The notes under the pieces were generated by a model that had not been told where the DNA came from, ran no database searches, and saw nothing but the letters and a program-made list of their open reading frames with translations. Position numbers and translations under genes: made by a program. Positions 62,467-64,000 of a stretch of DNA of 64,000 nucleotides are shown here, piece after piece. This DNA is from Burkholderiaceae bacterium (lineage in GTDB: Bacteria; Pseudomonadota; Gammaproteobacteria; Burkholderiales; Burkholderiaceae_E): positions 681 to 64,680 of the forward strand of contig JAMLIR010000023.1 of NCBI GenBank assembly GCA_023954045.1. The letters are read 5' to 3'. Each line of letters starts with the position of its first letter. Position 1 is the first letter of the stretch.

Positions 62467-63756
62467 CTACCTCGAGTAGCCGAAGAGCGCGGGCACGGCG
62501 GTGCTCAGCGACGGAAACACGATGACCAGCAGCAGGACGACCAGTTCGGCGGCCAGCAGCGGAAGGATGGCGCGCGCGAGCCGATCGAGCTTGAGCCGCG
62601 CCACCGACACCATGACGAACAGCACCGCGCCGACCGGGGGCGTGATCATCCCGATCGTCAGGTTCAGCACGATGGCCATCGCGAACTGCAGCGGCGGAAT
62701 GCCGAACTGATCTGCCAGCGGCGCGAGCACCGGCACGAGGATGATCACCGCCGGCAGCGTGTCGATGAAGAGGCCGCAGACCAGCACGAAGCCGGCGACG
62801 ACGAACAGCACCAGGAGCGGGTCGGTCGTCATCTGCCCGATCGACGCGCCGATGGTCTGCGGAATCTGCAGTAGCGTGAGCAGCCACGCGAACAGCGAGG
62901 CCGTGGACACGATGATCAGCGCCGCCGACGTCACCAGGCCGCTCTGCAGCAGCACTTTCGCGATGATCCGCGCGTTCAGTGTGCGGGTGACGAAGAGCCC
63001 GATCAGCAAGGCGTAGACGACGGCGACCGCCGACGCCTCGGTCGGCGTGAACAGCCCCGACAGGATGCCGCCGATGATGATCGCCGGCATCGCCAGGATC
63101 GGCGTTGCCCGCAACAGCGCCCGCAGTCGTTCGCCCCAGCCGCGTCGCGGCTCGGCCGCACCGTATCCGCGGCGCACCGAGATCACGTGGTTGGCCGCCA
63201 TCAGCGCGGCGCCGAGCAGCAGCCCAGGCACGACGCCGGCGAGGAACAGTCCGGCCACCGTCACCCGGCTGTCGGTCAGCGCGTAGATCACCATGATGAT
63301 CGACGGCGGAATGATCGGGCCGATCGTCGCGGTGGCCGCCGACAGCGCCGCCGAGTAGTAGCGGTCGTAGCCGGACTGCTCCATCATCCGCATCTCGATC
63401 GCCCCGGGCCCCGCGGCATCGGCGAGCGCCGAGCCGCTGATTCCCGCGAACAGGACCGAGGTCACGACGTTGACGTGGCCGAGGCCGCCGCGGATGTGGC
63501 CGACGATGCTCTGCGAGAAGCGCAGCAGCGCCGTCGTGATTCCGCTCGCGGTCATCAGGTCGGCGGCGAGGATGAAGAACGGCACCGCCATCAGCGGGAA
63601 CGAATTGATGCCGTCGAAGACGCGCTGCGGAACCGACAGCATCGAGAGCTTGCCTTCCCAGGCGAGCGCGGCGAGGCTGGAGACGCCCATCACGAACGCG
63701 ATCGGAAGGCCGATCGCCAGCCCGATCACGAACACGCCGATCAGGACCGGGGTCAC
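62467..63756 (-). CDS. dctM: TRAP large permease
   Basis: LMAVPFFILA, FAGISGSALAD, IIPPSI, GMITPPVG. Confidence 0.94.
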   Translation of the reverse strand: MTPVLIGVFVIGLAIGLPIAFVMGVSSLAALAWEGKLSMLSVPQRVFDGINSFPLMAVPFFILAADLMTASGITTALLRFSQSIVGHIRGGLGHVNVVTSVLFAGISGSALADAAGPGAIEMRMMEQSGYDRYYSAALSAATATIGPIIPPSIIMVIYALTDSRVTVAGLFLAGVVPGLLLGAALMAANHVISVRRGYGAAEPRRGWGERLRALLRATPILAMPAIIIGGILSGLFTPTEASAVAVVYALLIGLFVTRTLNARIIAKVLLQSGLVTSAALIIVSTASLFAWLLTLLQIPQTIGASIGQMTTDPLLVLFVVAGFVLVCGLFIDTLPAVIILVPVLAPLADQFGIPPLQFAMAIVLNLTIGMITPPVGAVLFVMVSVARLKLDRLARAILPLLAAELVVLLLVIVFPSLSTAVPALFGYSR

Positions 63757-63757
63757 G

Positions 63758-64000
63758 TCAGCCGGCCTCCGCGTCGGACAGCTCGTCGTGCTCGAAGCGC
63801 CGCTCGACGAAGCCGCGGAAGAACAGCACGAGATGCAGCGCGCACAGCAGCGCGCCGATCGGGATGCCGAGGTAGGGGATGCCGGTGCGGATGCCCAGCA
63901 TCGGTGTCTCCTGGTTCCAGCTGAACGCGACGATCTGCATCCCGTACCAGCCGAGCGCGAGCAGGAAGCCCAGCATCGTCAGCGCGATCGCGCCGCGCAG
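63758..64000 (-). CDS. dctQ: TRAP small permease (5' end outside the window)
   Basis: TM segments, YLGIPIG, upstream of dctM. Confidence 0.8.
   Translation of the reverse strand: MRGAIALTMLGFLLALGWYGMQIVAFSWNQETPMLGIRTGIPYLGIPIGALLCALHLVLFFRGFVERRFEHDELSDAEAG

Overview
Very GC-rich bacterial chromosomal DNA. Gene content and the conserved yebC-purD-hemF-nadD-rsfS-rlmH-maf-rng order point to a Burkholderiales-type betaproteobacterium (inference). I found no rRNA, tRNA, CRISPR array, transposase, integrase or phage gene. The left ~36 kb is accessory metabolism: TetR and LysR/pirin/DoxX modules, an endostatin-like lipoprotein, a fluoroacetate-dehalogenase-type hydrolase, an NTT-like translocase with two Tat-signal NADP oxidoreductases, an ACP-GNAT fusion, a MarR-linked split-E2 2-oxoacid dehydrogenase/SDR/TRAP operon, a NemR-like regulator with a cupin, a carotenoid oxygenase, DyP, a WS/DGAT lipid cluster, a MITE-like repeat and an orphan cbbT-cbbA-cbbY block. 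From ~36 to 58 kb the genes are mostly core (prfC, rhlE, gluQ, dnaE, msbA, rng, maf, rlmH, rsfS, nadD, hemF, purD, yebC). The right end is a TRAP/sugar-acid catabolic operon. The best leads are the NTT-like transporter with periplasm-targeted NADP enzymes (5267-8309), the ACP-GNAT fusion (13460-14257), and a 314-bp element with perfect 71-bp terminal inverted repeats that supplies the C-terminus of CbbY (32050-32363). All assignments come from motif recognition by eye; no searches were run.
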